A stretch of 64,000 nucleotides of DNA from Thermoplasmata archaeon. Lineage in GTDB: Archaea; Thermoplasmatota; Thermoplasmata; RBG-16-68-12; JAFNFQ01. Positions 40,609 to 51,700 of the stretch are shown piece by piece; within the stretch, counting starts at the first letter, position 1, and every line of letters begins with the position of its first letter. The translations under genes and the position numbers were made by a program. The notes beneath the pieces were generated by a model. It saw only the letters and a list, made by a program, of their open reading frames with translations, was not told the origin of the DNA and ran no database searches. Where the stretch lies: contig JBGPQV010000002.1 of assembly GCA_041489255.1 (NCBI GenBank), positions 1 through 64,000 on the forward strand, written 5' to 3'.

Positions 40609-41156
40609 TGGACAACCTCTCAGGAAGCCTCGTGAAGCTGAGGCCGCTACGCGACGAGGACTTCGAGTTCCTGGCGGGCCTGAGGAACGACTTGAGGACC
40701 CAGGGATGGAACCAGAGGCTGCCGCCCTGCTACACCCCGAAGATGGTCAAGGAGAGGGTCGAGAAGGACTACGACAAGCCGAATCGAGGAGTCTGGGGTA
40801 TCGAGACCAAAGATGGCAAGCTCGTCGGCTACATCAACTACGAGGAGACGCCGCCGAGGCTCGGAGCGACTATAGGTGTCATCACCTGTGTCGAGTCCTG
40901 GGGGAAGGGTCACGCGAGGGAGGCGATGGAGCTCATCCTGAGGTTCCTGTTCGAGGAGCGCGGGATCCATGTGGCCTCGCTCTGGACGCTCTCCGATAGA
41001 GTGCGCATGATCGGCCTCGCGCAGAAGCTGGGTTTCAAGGCCAGCGCGCGGCTTAGAGAGAGCGCGATTGTCGGCGGGAAGGTCTATGACACCATCGTCA
41101 TGGACATGATTAGAGAGGAGTACCTCTCGAAACACTCCAAGATGGCGGGTGCTTGA
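40608..41156 (+). CDS. GNAT (RimL-like) N-acetyltransferase
   Basis: VKLRPL, WGKGHAREA, KLGFK; TGATG overlap with the previous gene. Confidence 0.9.
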   Translation: MDNLSGSLVKLRPLRDEDFEFLAGLRNDLRTQGWNQRLPPCYTPKMVKERVEKDYDKPNRGVWGIETKDGKLVGYINYEETPPRLGATIGVITCVESWGKGHAREAMELILRFLFEERGIHVASLWTLSDRVRMIGLAQKLGFKASARLRESAIVGGKVYDTIVMDMIREEYLSKHSKMAGA

Positions 41157-41356
41157 TGGACACGCTCTCAGGTGAACTGGCATGACTGAGAGCGGTGAAA
41201 GACGAGGACCTGGAGTACTTCGCCTCCCTGAAGAACGACATGCGGACGCAGGCGGCCGGACGCAAAGACCCGCCGCGTTTCACTGCGACATTCATGAAAG
41301 AGCGTCATGAGAAGGCGCTTGGAAGTCCCATGAAAGGGCTGTGGAGCAAATTATAA
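41156..41356 (+). pseudogene. Truncated third GNAT paralogue
   Basis: MDTLSGELA-stop-LRAVKDEDLEYFASLKNDMRTQ...GLW aligns with the N-terminus of 40608-41156; internal TGA at 41183. Confidence 0.85.
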
Positions 41357-41386
41357 ACCGCCGACGACTTTCCATGAATAATCCTC

Positions 41387-42115
41387 ATGGATCCAATTTC
41401 GCATGTCGCATCGTTCTACCTGCTGGGGAGAAGGGTCGGCGCCAAGAGACTGTGGGTGGGAATGGTCACCACATTGCTTCCCGATATGCTGTTGATTCTG
41501 ACTTTCTTCGCCAATCTCCTTACGGGACAGAGAAGCGCGGCTGACAGCACTTCGATTCTGAACCTATACTTGCACTCCGTCTTCGCCTTGCTCATTCTGC
41601 TGCCTATCGCAGTCTTCTCGCTTAGATACTTCTACGTCTCCGTCGCGGGCTATTCGATGCATCTTCTTCTTGATTACCTCACTCACACGACTGTCAGGAT
41701 GCCGTTCTACCCGCTGACGGATTGGAAGGCGCCCACACTCCTCGTGTCCTACCTGGACCCAGCTTTCCTGTTGACAGTGAGTATGACCATCTTTGCGTTG
41801 ACCGTGAATCTCGAACGCAAGAGAGTCGGCAGTGTGGTCAGAGCCCTATTCCGCGGCTCCTTGTGGAAGAGAGTCAAGCCGCTCCTTTCTGTTTACACTC
41901 TGTTAGCGTACGCATTTCCTGCCGTGTATGTGAGCACGCTCGCGCCGATGGATCCCATGCTCTTTGTCCTGTGCTCTTTTCTGCTAGGCACTAACCTGCT
42001 CCTTATTGGATTCCTGTTCTGTGCTGAACTCTATGATGACAAGAACATACAGACTCCGATTCGCCGGATGGTGAGGTTCCTATTCGGCGAGTCAGACAAT
42101 AGAGACGATACCTAG
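41387..42115 (+). CDS. Membrane metal-dependent hydrolase (YdjM-like)
   Basis: MDPISH, LLPD, HS and HLLLDYLTH motifs; multiple TM segments. Confidence 0.75.
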   Translation: MDPISHVASFYLLGRRVGAKRLWVGMVTTLLPDMLLILTFFANLLTGQRSAADSTSILNLYLHSVFALLILLPIAVFSLRYFYVSVAGYSMHLLLDYLTHTTVRMPFYPLTDWKAPTLLVSYLDPAFLLTVSMTIFALTVNLERKRVGSVVRALFRGSLWKRVKPLLSVYTLLAYAFPAVYVSTLAPMDPMLFVLCSFLLGTNLLLIGFLFCAELYDDKNIQTPIRRMVRFLFGESDNRDDT

Positions 42116-42146
42116 AACACTCAGCTTGACAGCGCTGTCGCCGTCC

Positions 42147-43592
42147 TCATCCTTCACCAATTTGCGCCCTCACGAGCCTCTCCACAATTCTGAGGAACTC
42201 CTCCTCGGTTCCTGGCGGTATTGTAGCCCCCGCCGCTGACATGTGTCCGCCCCCTTCCCCGCCAAGCATCTTTGCAGCCTGCCTCATCACCACAGAGAGA
42301 TCTAACCCCTTCGCCTCAAGCGCCTTCGAGGCTCTTGCCGAGACTTTGATTCCGTCCTCCGCCTGCGCGAACGCGATTATTGGCATCTCCTTATTGGCTG
42401 CGCCGGAGCTGAGAAGCATGCCCGCCGTGACGCCGACCACCGTGTCCTTGATCTTGTCCTCCCCATGGAAGTACTGTATCGAGCCCATCTGCGAGATTCC
42501 TATTCCGTCCACGAAGTCGAGGGAGCTAACGATCGTCTCGCGGTGATTCTGCAGGAGCCCAATGGCCTTCTTGTAGTACTCGTCCCTGTCGCCACGGCAC
42601 ACCATCAGCCCGACCTCCGCCTCGTCGTACCGCCCGCAGGCGTTCAGCAGAGTCCCGAACTCCTTCGCGTCCCGCAACGGGGTGCCCACCTCCTCGCGCA
42701 GGAGCGTGTACACCTCGCCGATGAGACGCTCTACCTCCTTGTGACCGCAGCCGCGCTGAAGCATGTGCGTCACGAGCTCGGTCACCACGCGCCTCTTCTC
42801 CCCGCCATCGAGGCTCGACCAAGACCGCCACTCCTCGTCGACCTTCAGGTCGATGCCTATCTCCAGGAGGAAAGCGATGCAGGCCTCCTCGTTGCCAGAG
42901 AGGCGGGGAATCGCAGGGTCTGTCGCATATTGGAGGAACTTGTGCAGCGGCCTCGTCTCCCGCCCGAAGAGCCTTAGGTCCGTGGAAGCTTTCAGGACTC
43001 CCGCCATTTCGCCGTCCTTGATGACCTCGCAGTTGAAACCCTTCAGGCGCCTGAACTGCGCCTCCTGCACGTCCGCCACCGCCCCGACGACTGCAATGGC
43101 GGCAAGATCGATGTTCTTTGAGTCTATCTCCCTGGAGACAGCGTACGTGACAGAGGCTCCGCTCGCGTCATCGGAACCCATCCCGAAGTCGTGGGGATTA
43201 AGCATGGGGACGTCGTCCTGCGGCTTCGCGAACGCAAAGAGGTCTCCCCGTGACTGCTTCGGAGGTTGAGGCCGGGATGGGATGTGGTGATCCGTGATCA
43301 CGACGTTGAGCCCTTTCATCGAACCCAGCTGGCCCGCTCCGAAATCGACGAACCACGCGAGCGGCGGGTTTGAATCCTTGATCAATTGTATCGCCGCATC
43401 GTCCATCTTCTTGAGGAACTCGACTCGGTGTTCGATACCGGCACGTGACAGGGTCTCGGCGGCTACGGCAGCCCCGCAGATTCCATCCGCATCGATGTGC
43501 GAATAGATGTGCACCTCGGGCGCACGCATGATCACGGCGGCGATTTCCTTTGCCCTTTCCAGCATCTCCCTCGACTTAACCGCCATCGGCAA
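42147..43592 (-). CDS. recJ: RecJ/Cdc45-like DHH-DHHA1 phosphoesterase
   Basis: SHIDADG, TDHH, LLNACGR, GGGHMSAAGA. Confidence 0.9.
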   Translation of the reverse strand: MPMAVKSREMLERAKEIAAVIMRAPEVHIYSHIDADGICGAAVAAETLSRAGIEHRVEFLKKMDDAAIQLIKDSNPPLAWFVDFGAGQLGSMKGLNVVITDHHIPSRPQPPKQSRGDLFAFAKPQDDVPMLNPHDFGMGSDDASGASVTYAVSREIDSKNIDLAAIAVVGAVADVQEAQFRRLKGFNCEVIKDGEMAGVLKASTDLRLFGRETRPLHKFLQYATDPAIPRLSGNEEACIAFLLEIGIDLKVDEEWRSWSSLDGGEKRRVVTELVTHMLQRGCGHKEVERLIGEVYTLLREEVGTPLRDAKEFGTLLNACGRYDEAEVGLMVCRGDRDEYYKKAIGLLQNHRETIVSSLDFVDGIGISQMGSIQYFHGEDKIKDTVVGVTAGMLLSSGAANKEMPIIAFAQAEDGIKVSARASKALEAKGLDLSVVMRQAAKMLGGEGGGHMSAAGATIPPGTEEEFLRIVERLVRAQIGEG

Positions 43593-43824
43593 TTAAGCTT
43601 TGCAGAGGACGAAGTCCGACTCATTGCTTAGCGGACCATTCAACGGTAGTCCGAGGCAGCAGACACGTCACGTTGAAATATCTGTAAAACCGCGCTCCGG
43701 AAAGTATCTCTACGGAAGCATCGCAGTTCCCTGTCCGAGACTCGAATGCAGGATTTTAACACGGCGTTGGAAAACAATGATATATATCGATGGACGATAC
43801 CTGCGATGAGAATGGGGTGTGTGC

Positions 43825-46800
43825 ATGAGAGCGGCGCTTGTCTCGCTCAGACGGGCTAGATTCTGGGAGAGGTGGACAGCCTCATTCCTCATCATATTCT
43901 CGCTCGTGCTTCCCGTTGTTGCCGACCTTAGCTCTGGCGGTGAAGTTAAAGAAGACCTCGCAGAACCTCCGTCGAACCAGCGCATCCTGGATACCATGCG
44001 CTCGGCGAGCGACTACTTCACGGAGAATAGGGGGCAGGTCGAGGATGGCGTCCTCTTCTACCGGCAGGGCAATCCCTCGGTCGCCTTCAGGACCGATGGA
44101 GTGATGTTCGTCCTGTCTGAAGCGACGAAGGTTGATGAGCGCCTCGGGGGGCGGGTCAGGGTCGATTCATCGGCTTACATGATCCGCTTCGAAGGCGCCA
44201 ACCTCGCTTCCCCCAGCGGCGTCAACGAACTCTCGTTCCGCAGCAACTACTTCTTCGGGAATGACCCGGCAAGGTGGCAAACCGATGTGCCGAACTACAG
44301 GAGCGTGGTATATAGGGAACTCTGGGAGGGCATTGACCTCGTCTACCATGCGACTGCGGGTGGCGTGAAGTACGAGTTCTTGATCGGCGCACATGCTGAT
44401 GCGCATCTAATCAGGTTCTCTTACGATGGTGTGCAGGCGACTAGGGACTCGACCGATGGAATCACGGCGAGGACCGCCGTCGGCAGTACACGCGACTCGA
44501 AGCCTTACTCATATCAGGCGGACGGCCGCGAGGTGGCTTGCAGCTTCGCCGATCGGGGAGATGGCTCCTTTGGGTTCGATTGCCCGGGACGGGATTTGTC
44601 CCAGTCGCTCGTCATCGATCCGCTTGTATACTCCACCTTCATCGGCGGTCACGACGACGACTGGTATTGCACGATGGGGCAGGGCGACGAAGCGATGTCG
44701 ATAGCGGTGGACGCCGCGGGAAATGCCTTCGTCTATGGTGGAACCTGTTCGACGGATTTCCCGGTCACGGCAGGCGCCTTCAACACGACATTCTGGATTA
44801 GAGGGGCGCCCAGATTCGCACAGCCCGACTGCAGCCCACCATGCTACTGTCCGCAAGGTGAGTGGTGCGTCGACCCCCACCAGACCTTCGTCGCGAAGCT
44901 GAACCCTGAGGGCAGCGCACTCGTGTACGCGACGTATATGGGCGGGGACGGCTTGGACTATCCTGCATCAATCGCGATCGATTCGGCGGGCAACGCATAC
45001 CTGACAGGGACGACATTGTCCTCGGGGCTGCAACCGGGGACGAACGCATACCCCACGACCGCCGGCGCTTTCGACAGGACCTTGGACGCCTACACCCTGC
45101 GGACGGGTCAGTGTTGGTGCTGCTCGATCGTCTTCTGGGAGGGATTCCTCACCAAGCTCGGCCCTCAGGGCAACGCGTTAGTGTATTCGACCTTCATTGG
45201 CCGCGATCGATACGAATGGCCTTGGGCCGTGACGGTGGACTCCTCGGGCTTCGCATACGTGACCGGCGAGACGAACGGCACCAACTTCCCGACGACGTTC
45301 GGAGCCTACGACACGACCTACAACGGCCTAGACGCCGATGCCGACGCTTTCGTGACCAAGTTCAACCAAGCGGGCAGCGGGCTCGTCTACTCGTCGTTTC
45401 TCGGAGGGGACGGTTATGATGTCGGAACATCGATCAAGGTGGACCCGACCGGCAACGCGTACGTGGCGGGGTGGACCGATTCTGCGAACTTCCCAACGAC
45501 ACCCAGCGCGTACGACGCCACCGCGAACGGCTATGCGGACGCATTCGTCGTGAGGTTCGATGCCAACGGAGCGAAGCTCGATTACTCGACCCTCCTCGGC
45601 GGCAGCGATCGTGAATGGGAGATCTCGGTCGGGATCGACGCCGCCAGGAACGTCTACGTGAGTGGGACCACGAAATCCTTTGACTTCCCCACGACTCCTG
45701 GAGCATTCCGGACCGTCTACATCGGCAGGGAGGGCTTCGTCGCCAAGATGAATCCCACGATGTCTTCCCTCGTCTACTCCACGTTCATCGGCGGGAACAG
45801 CGACACGGACACGGTGACATCGATCGACCTGGACTCCCTCGGGAACGCATACGTCACTGGGCAGACGTACTCGGGCGATTTCACGACGACAAAGGACGCC
45901 TTCGATACGGTGTTCAGCGACCGCGAGGGGTTCATGACGAAGATAAATGCGACGGGGACAGGTCTGCTGTATTCCACCTTCCTAGGGGGCAGCAGCGATA
46001 TCGATAAGGGAACCTCAATCGTGGTCGACATCTCCGGAATCGCTTATGTGACGGGCGTAACCAATTCCTCAGACTTCCCCACCACGCCGGACGCCTTCGA
46101 CAGGACTTTGGACAACGAGACTGACGCTTTCGTGTTCAAGCTTATCCCATCAATCGTGACCGATCCGCCGGACCTCCTGATAACACCGAACGATGTCATC
46201 CTCACCCCGCCTGGCAGCGTGGTCGTGGGGACGCCTGTCGACATCAGAGCCGTCGTTCGGAACATCGGAGGTAGAAACGCAACGGCGGTGGGAGTCAGGT
46301 TCCATGACGGCCTGCCGCCATCCCCACAGATAGGGACCGACCAAATCATCCCGTTCATAATGTACTTCGACTCGGGTTCAGCGAGCGTAACGTGGACTTC
46401 AACTTCCGTCGGAACTCACTCTATCTGCGCCGTCGCCGATCCCAACAACATGATTGCCGAACTGCACGAGGACAACAATCAGGCGTGCGCGCAAATCGAG
46501 ATCCTTGCGGCAAATCCTGACCTCGCCGTCCAATCCGGAGACATCTCGTTCTCGATCCCGCCGCCATTCATCGAAGGCACGCAGGTCCGGATCGACGCAA
46601 TAGTCAGGAACATCGGGATTCTGCCATCTACCGCCACGGTCGCAAGGTTCCATGACGGCACACCGCCTGCGGGGCAAATCGGGGTCGACCAGCCCCTGGG
46701 ACCTCTTGCCGCGGGAGGCTCCGGGACCGTCTCGGTGCTCTGGGATGCGTCGGGCCGCGGCGTGCATACGCTCTGGGTCGTCGTCGATCCAAATGACGTC

Positions 46801-48669
46801 GTAGCGGAGCTGAGCGAAGGCAACAACCGAGCCAGCACGCAGGCGGGAGTCAGGAGCAAGCCCGACCTGAGGATCTCGATGGTGAATGTGGAGCCCGCGC
46901 CTCCCTTGATTGAGGGCGCACTCTCATGGGTGAACGTGACTGTTTCGAACTTCGGAGACACGGCATCCGGGACATTCGACCTCAACCTCTTCGATGATGG
47001 CGATGGCGACCAAATGCTAGACGTCGGAGAGGACGTCGGCGTCAAGTTGGTAGCCGACTTGATAGGGCACGCCCAGGTTTTTCCCTCCTTTACCTGGACT
47101 GCGATGCCGCCCGGAAGCCACAGCATGTGCGCGTACGCCGATCTGCCCGATGCGGTCGATGAATCGCAAGAGGACAACAACGTCGGATGCACAAGCATCC
47201 AGGTGAAAGCGAACATCAGACCAGAATATGTGCCAGTCCAGCCCCTGCCTCCAAGTCCCATCACCGTCGGACTCTCTCTTCCGGTACAGCTCTCAGTCAT
47301 AGTCGAGAACCGGGGCGACGCCCCCGCCGCAGACAACGCTATCCTTGCGTTCCACGATGGGGTTACCCCGCCATTCGCGACATTCGTCGTGCCTCCGCTC
47401 GAGCCCTCGACCGACTCGGTCAGGTTCACCGCCACCTGGGTTTCCCCGCCCACGCCAGGGATGTACAGGATCATCGCTGACGTCGACTTCGATGCGAATC
47501 TGACTGAATGGGACGAAGACAACAATACCTGCGAGTGGACGATCGATGTGGTTCGCGGTCCGATCACGTCACTCACGGTTGGGACGCCCAACTACACCCT
47601 TGCGGTTCCATATGTGACATCCTCAACGCCGCTGGAGTTCGCGGTGGCCGATCCGGGCGGGTCCGGCATAAGGTCAACGATGTACCGCATCGATGGCGGC
47701 GGATGGGACAACTATCCAACTGGCGGGCAGTTCACGATTGACACCGAAGGTGAGCATACAATCGAGTGGTACTCGGAGGACAATGCTGGAAACATCGAAA
47801 TCACGCGCAGCGCCATGCTCAGAGTAGACAACACGCCGCCGAGCTGCATACTCCGTGTCGGGATTCCGCAGTACCTGAGCGCTCCCACGTACGTCGACTC
47901 GACCACGCAATTCAATCTTAGTTGCACAGATAGCGGCATGCTTCCGGTTGGCTTGGACCGCATCGAGTACCGCATCGACGACGGTCAATGGAAGGCTTAC
48001 ACCATTGACTTCACCCTCCAGGGAATCGATGGCGTCAAGACCGTGGATTATAGGTCGTCCGACCTGCTCGCGAACACTCAGTCGACTGCGGGGATCTACT
48101 TCCTCGACGAGACCCCGCCTTCGACCTCGATTACCCCATCCTCGGAAGATGCGACCACAGATACTGTTTTCGCACTGGATGCCTTCGATGATGGCTGCGG
48201 AGTCGGATTCACCGAGTACAAAGTGGATGGCGGCAATTGGACCGTCTTCTCAGGCGGGTTCACCGTCCCCGAAGGAGAGCACAACTTCACCTTCCGTTCC
48301 GTCGACTGGCTGGGCAACCGAGAATCGGACAAGCTTCTGCATGTCCATGCGCGCCTGCTGACTGCGACCAAGGAAACGAACTTCAAGCCTTACGTCGCGG
48401 CCGCATTCGCCATCATATTGGCGGTGGTCGGATTGTGGTCGTCGAGACGCAGACCGTGGAATGGCGGGAAAAACAAGACCGCAATCGCGAAGGCATTCGT
48501 CGGGCTGTCATTGCCCTTCGTGTTGGGAGAAACTGCGACGGGCATAGCCTCCCAATTCACAGGGGAACTTGCGATACCGCCAATCATCGGCGTCGGAACG
48601 GCGGTCGATCTGGCCATACTCATCTTAGGATTGCTGACGGTCGTCGTCAGAATGGCCAAGAACAGGTAG
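43825..48669 (+). CDS. Surface protein with SBBP beta-propeller repeats, CARDB and Ig-like domains, C-terminal TM anchor
   Basis: FTENRGQ, IDPLVYSTFIGG, repeated GNAYVxGxTxSxDFPTT, PDL...E..E.NN CARDB units. Confidence 0.88.
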   Translation: MRAALVSLRRARFWERWTASFLIIFSLVLPVVADLSSGGEVKEDLAEPPSNQRILDTMRSASDYFTENRGQVEDGVLFYRQGNPSVAFRTDGVMFVLSEATKVDERLGGRVRVDSSAYMIRFEGANLASPSGVNELSFRSNYFFGNDPARWQTDVPNYRSVVYRELWEGIDLVYHATAGGVKYEFLIGAHADAHLIRFSYDGVQATRDSTDGITARTAVGSTRDSKPYSYQADGREVACSFADRGDGSFGFDCPGRDLSQSLVIDPLVYSTFIGGHDDDWYCTMGQGDEAMSIAVDAAGNAFVYGGTCSTDFPVTAGAFNTTFWIRGAPRFAQPDCSPPCYCPQGEWCVDPHQTFVAKLNPEGSALVYATYMGGDGLDYPASIAIDSAGNAYLTGTTLSSGLQPGTNAYPTTAGAFDRTLDAYTLRTGQCWCCSIVFWEGFLTKLGPQGNALVYSTFIGRDRYEWPWAVTVDSSGFAYVTGETNGTNFPTTFGAYDTTYNGLDADADAFVTKFNQAGSGLVYSSFLGGDGYDVGTSIKVDPTGNAYVAGWTDSANFPTTPSAYDATANGYADAFVVRFDANGAKLDYSTLLGGSDREWEISVGIDAARNVYVSGTTKSFDFPTTPGAFRTVYIGREGFVAKMNPTMSSLVYSTFIGGNSDTDTVTSIDLDSLGNAYVTGQTYSGDFTTTKDAFDTVFSDREGFMTKINATGTGLLYSTFLGGSSDIDKGTSIVVDISGIAYVTGVTNSSDFPTTPDAFDRTLDNETDAFVFKLIPSIVTDPPDLLITPNDVILTPPGSVVVGTPVDIRAVVRNIGGRNATAVGVRFHDGLPPSPQIGTDQIIPFIMYFDSGSASVTWTSTSVGTHSICAVADPNNMIAELHEDNNQACAQIEILAANPDLAVQSGDISFSIPPPFIEGTQVRIDAIVRNIGILPSTATVARFHDGTPPAGQIGVDQPLGPLAAGGSGTVSVLWDASGRGVHTLWVVVDPNDVVAELSEGNNRASTQAGVRSKPDLRISMVNVEPAPPLIEGALSWVNVTVSNFGDTASGTFDLNLFDDGDGDQMLDVGEDVGVKLVADLIGHAQVFPSFTWTAMPPGSHSMCAYADLPDAVDESQEDNNVGCTSIQVKANIRPEYVPVQPLPPSPITVGLSLPVQLSVIVENRGDAPAADNAILAFHDGVTPPFATFVVPPLEPSTDSVRFTATWVSPPTPGMYRIIADVDFDANLTEWDEDNNTCEWTIDVVRGPITSLTVGTPNYTLAVPYVTSSTPLEFAVADPGGSGIRSTMYRIDGGGWDNYPTGGQFTIDTEGEHTIEWYSEDNAGNIEITRSAMLRVDNTPPSCILRVGIPQYLSAPTYVDSTTQFNLSCTDSGMLPVGLDRIEYRIDDGQWKAYTIDFTLQGIDGVKTVDYRSSDLLANTQSTAGIYFLDETPPSTSITPSSEDATTDTVFALDAFDDGCGVGFTEYKVDGGNWTVFSGGFTVPEGEHNFTFRSVDWLGNRESDKLLHVHARLLTATKETNFKPYVAAAFAIILAVVGLWSSRRRPWNGGKNKTAIAKAFVGLSLPFVLGETATGIASQFTGELAIPPIIGVGTAVDLAILILGLLTVVVRMAKNR

Positions 48670-48750
48670 AGTCTTGAGACGGTCGTCAATGCCTACGCAA
48701 CTTACTCATACTCGCGCGATGTTCACTTGGGATGACAGGAGAGGATCGGC

Positions 48751-51700
48751 TTGCGGACACTTGTCTACGCGATTGTGTGCTTCTTGATTGTGAGTGCAAT
48801 CCCGACCGCCATGGCGGCTGCGAAGCCTGTGGAATCCTTGCACGGAACGCAGCTGGGGCTCGTCGGGCTGGAATCTGGCCTTGCGCGATTCGCGCGGCTG
48901 AGCACGGCACCCCTAAGCGACTATGGCGGATATTCTGTCTATCAAGTCGGCGAGGAGGAAATCGCGCGGCTCGACTCGATCAACGCGCCATACTTCCTCC
49001 TTCCGGATCCGGACTATCTCGGTATCGAGTCTGTCGTCGGCTCGCTCCCCCGCATCGACACCGGCCAACTGCCGCCGTCACCGGGACTTGTCGTCATCCA
49101 GTTCCCAGCACCGCCGAAACAGGAATGGCGCCGCGCGCTCGAGGAGAATGGAATGATGACGCTGGCTTACATTCCTAATTATGCGTATCTTGTCGTTTCC
49201 TCTCGCGATCTTGGAGGAGCACTCACCGCTCTTCCCCTCGAACCTAGACTCTTCGCCTATGAGTCTTCGGCAAGAATCGACCCGCGGCTGATCTTGGACG
49301 AATCGCCACAACGCGTCCGTTTCGTGCTGTTGAAAGCCTCGGGCTTCGCCGATCCCATCGATGTGATGTCCCGCCACGGGCTCAGGCCACAGGTCTATTG
49401 GGAACGGGAATCGTTGGCTTTTGCCGAGACATGGGCCGATCGGGCAACCCTGGAAGCCATCACGCAGGAACCGTCCATGGTCTGGGTGGAGCCCGCGCCC
49501 ACGCCTAAGTTCTTCGACGAGATTTCCGACGAGATTCTCGGCGGCAACTTCACTCCTGGGATGCCCTGGGATGGCGATGGAGCCTACATCCATTCACTCG
49601 GCTACACGGGATCCGGAATCATCGTGGCGATAGCCGACACCGGCGTTGACACGGGCAACCTTACCACGATGCACCCCGACCTCAGAGGGCAGATCGCCGC
49701 CTTGATCGACTTCGGAGAGACAGATCCGAGCGACGGTGTCGCCGAGGACGGGTACGGCCATGGCACGCATGTGTCCGGCATCGTCGCGGGAACCGGAGCC
49801 TCCAACGGGCGCGATTTGGACGGCTACCTCTACGGAATGGGCATTGCCCCGAACGCCTCAATCGTCATGGAAAGAATCTCAGATGACCAAGGATATTGGA
49901 TGGCCCCGGCCGACCATGTAATTGCAGAGAACGCAGTCCGAAACGGAGCATCTGTCAGCTCTAATAGCTGGGGCAGCATGACATACGGAGTCTATGACTG
50001 GCAGGCGGCTGAGTACGATGCATTGACGAGAGACGCGGACTTGTTCACTCCGGGTGGACAACCACTCCTTCATGTATTCGCGGCAGCGAACTCGGGCCCG
50101 AGTCCGTACACGCTCGCGTCACCCGCCGTGGCGAAGAATGTGCTCACCGTCGCGGCGAGCGAGAACTACCGCCCAGCGTTCGGCAGCGAGGCCGACAACC
50201 CGGAGGATATCGCGGATTTCAGCAGCCGCGGCCCCGTCGCGGACGGCCGATTCAAGCCCGATATCGCAGCGCCGGGGACATATGTCGCGTCAGCCCTCTC
50301 CAGCTTCCTGGCGCAGGGCATGTGCGGTGGTCCTCTTGACTCGCTGCACGAAGCTTGCTCGGGGACGAGCATGGCCACGCCGCATGTGGCTGGCGGGGCT
50401 GCGATTTTCCAGCAATACTATCGAGGCTTATACGGCGTCCTCCCGAGTCCAGCAATGACCAAGGCGGCTTTGATCAACACCGCGCATGATATGACTGGCG
50501 CCGGCGCCTCCCTGCCGATCCCGAACACCGACGAGGGCTGGGGCAGGATGGACCTCGTATCCCTCCTGGGGTTGGGCAGGCCGGACGAGTATGCGGACGA
50601 CCAGACGAATTCTCTCCAGACCGGTCAAGACTCGGTTCACCAACTGACAGTGATGTCGTCCGCGGTACCGCTTCGGATCACCATGGCCTACACGGACGCC
50701 CCGGCGGCGGGGTTCTCGTCGCCGACTCTCGTCAATGACCTGGACCTTGTCGTCACCGACCCAACCGGCCGCACGTTTTGGGGAAACATGCTGGTGAATG
50801 GACGGTCGATAGACTCGATCACGGGAGGAGATAGACTCAACAACGTCGAGAGCGTCTACATCCAGAATCCGGAAGTCGGCCTCTACACCGTGAGGGTCTT
50901 GGCAATCAACGTGCCCGAGGATGGAGTGCCTTTGACTCCCGCAATCGACCAGGATTTCGCGCTCTTCGCCAGGGCGAGCCTGGAAGCTCCGCCTACGCCG
51001 TCGATTTCATTTAACCGCGACTTCTACACGGCGCCATCGAACGCGAATGTGTCGCTGGCGGGCGCAAGCCTGAACGCGGATCCTCTCGTCCGCGAATCGG
51101 TCAACGCCGTCGTGAGATCTGACACTGAGCCGCTCGGCGAGAGCCTCACGCTCACTGAGGTCGGACTCAACTCAAGCCTGTTCATCGGGACAATCGGGCT
51201 TCAGCTCGGCGCACCCGTGACAGACGGGGTTCTGCAGGTTCTTCACGGAGACCTGTTGAATGTGACGTACACCATGTATTACGACGTGGCATGGGTCGAT
51301 ACCGTCGCCCCAACGATTTCCAATATCGCCACGAACGTGAGGACTCGCACAGCGACCGTGACATTCACGACGAGCGAGGATACCAAGGGCCTCGTGGAAT
51401 ACGGCGATACGACTTCCCTCGGCAACATCTCGGAGTCGCTTTCCTTCGCGGTCTCGCACAGCGTCGACCTGGTCAATCTCAAGCCGAACACAACTTACTT
51501 CTTCGATGTCGTCGCGACGGACCTGGCAGGCAATCGGGCGCGAGATGACAATGGCGGCCTGCACCACGCTCTGACGACCGAGCCCCTGCCTCCGATCCTC
51601 CTTGTCGACGACGAACCGGACAACCTCGACGTCTCATTTTCCGACGCGTTAAGCGCCAACGGCTTCGCTTTTGAAGTGTCGCAGGGTCCCGCGCCTTTCA

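Noticed and set aside
41183-41185. In-frame TGA as possible selenocysteine or readthrough
   Set aside because: It aligns to Lys in the paralogue and the gene is truncated anyway.
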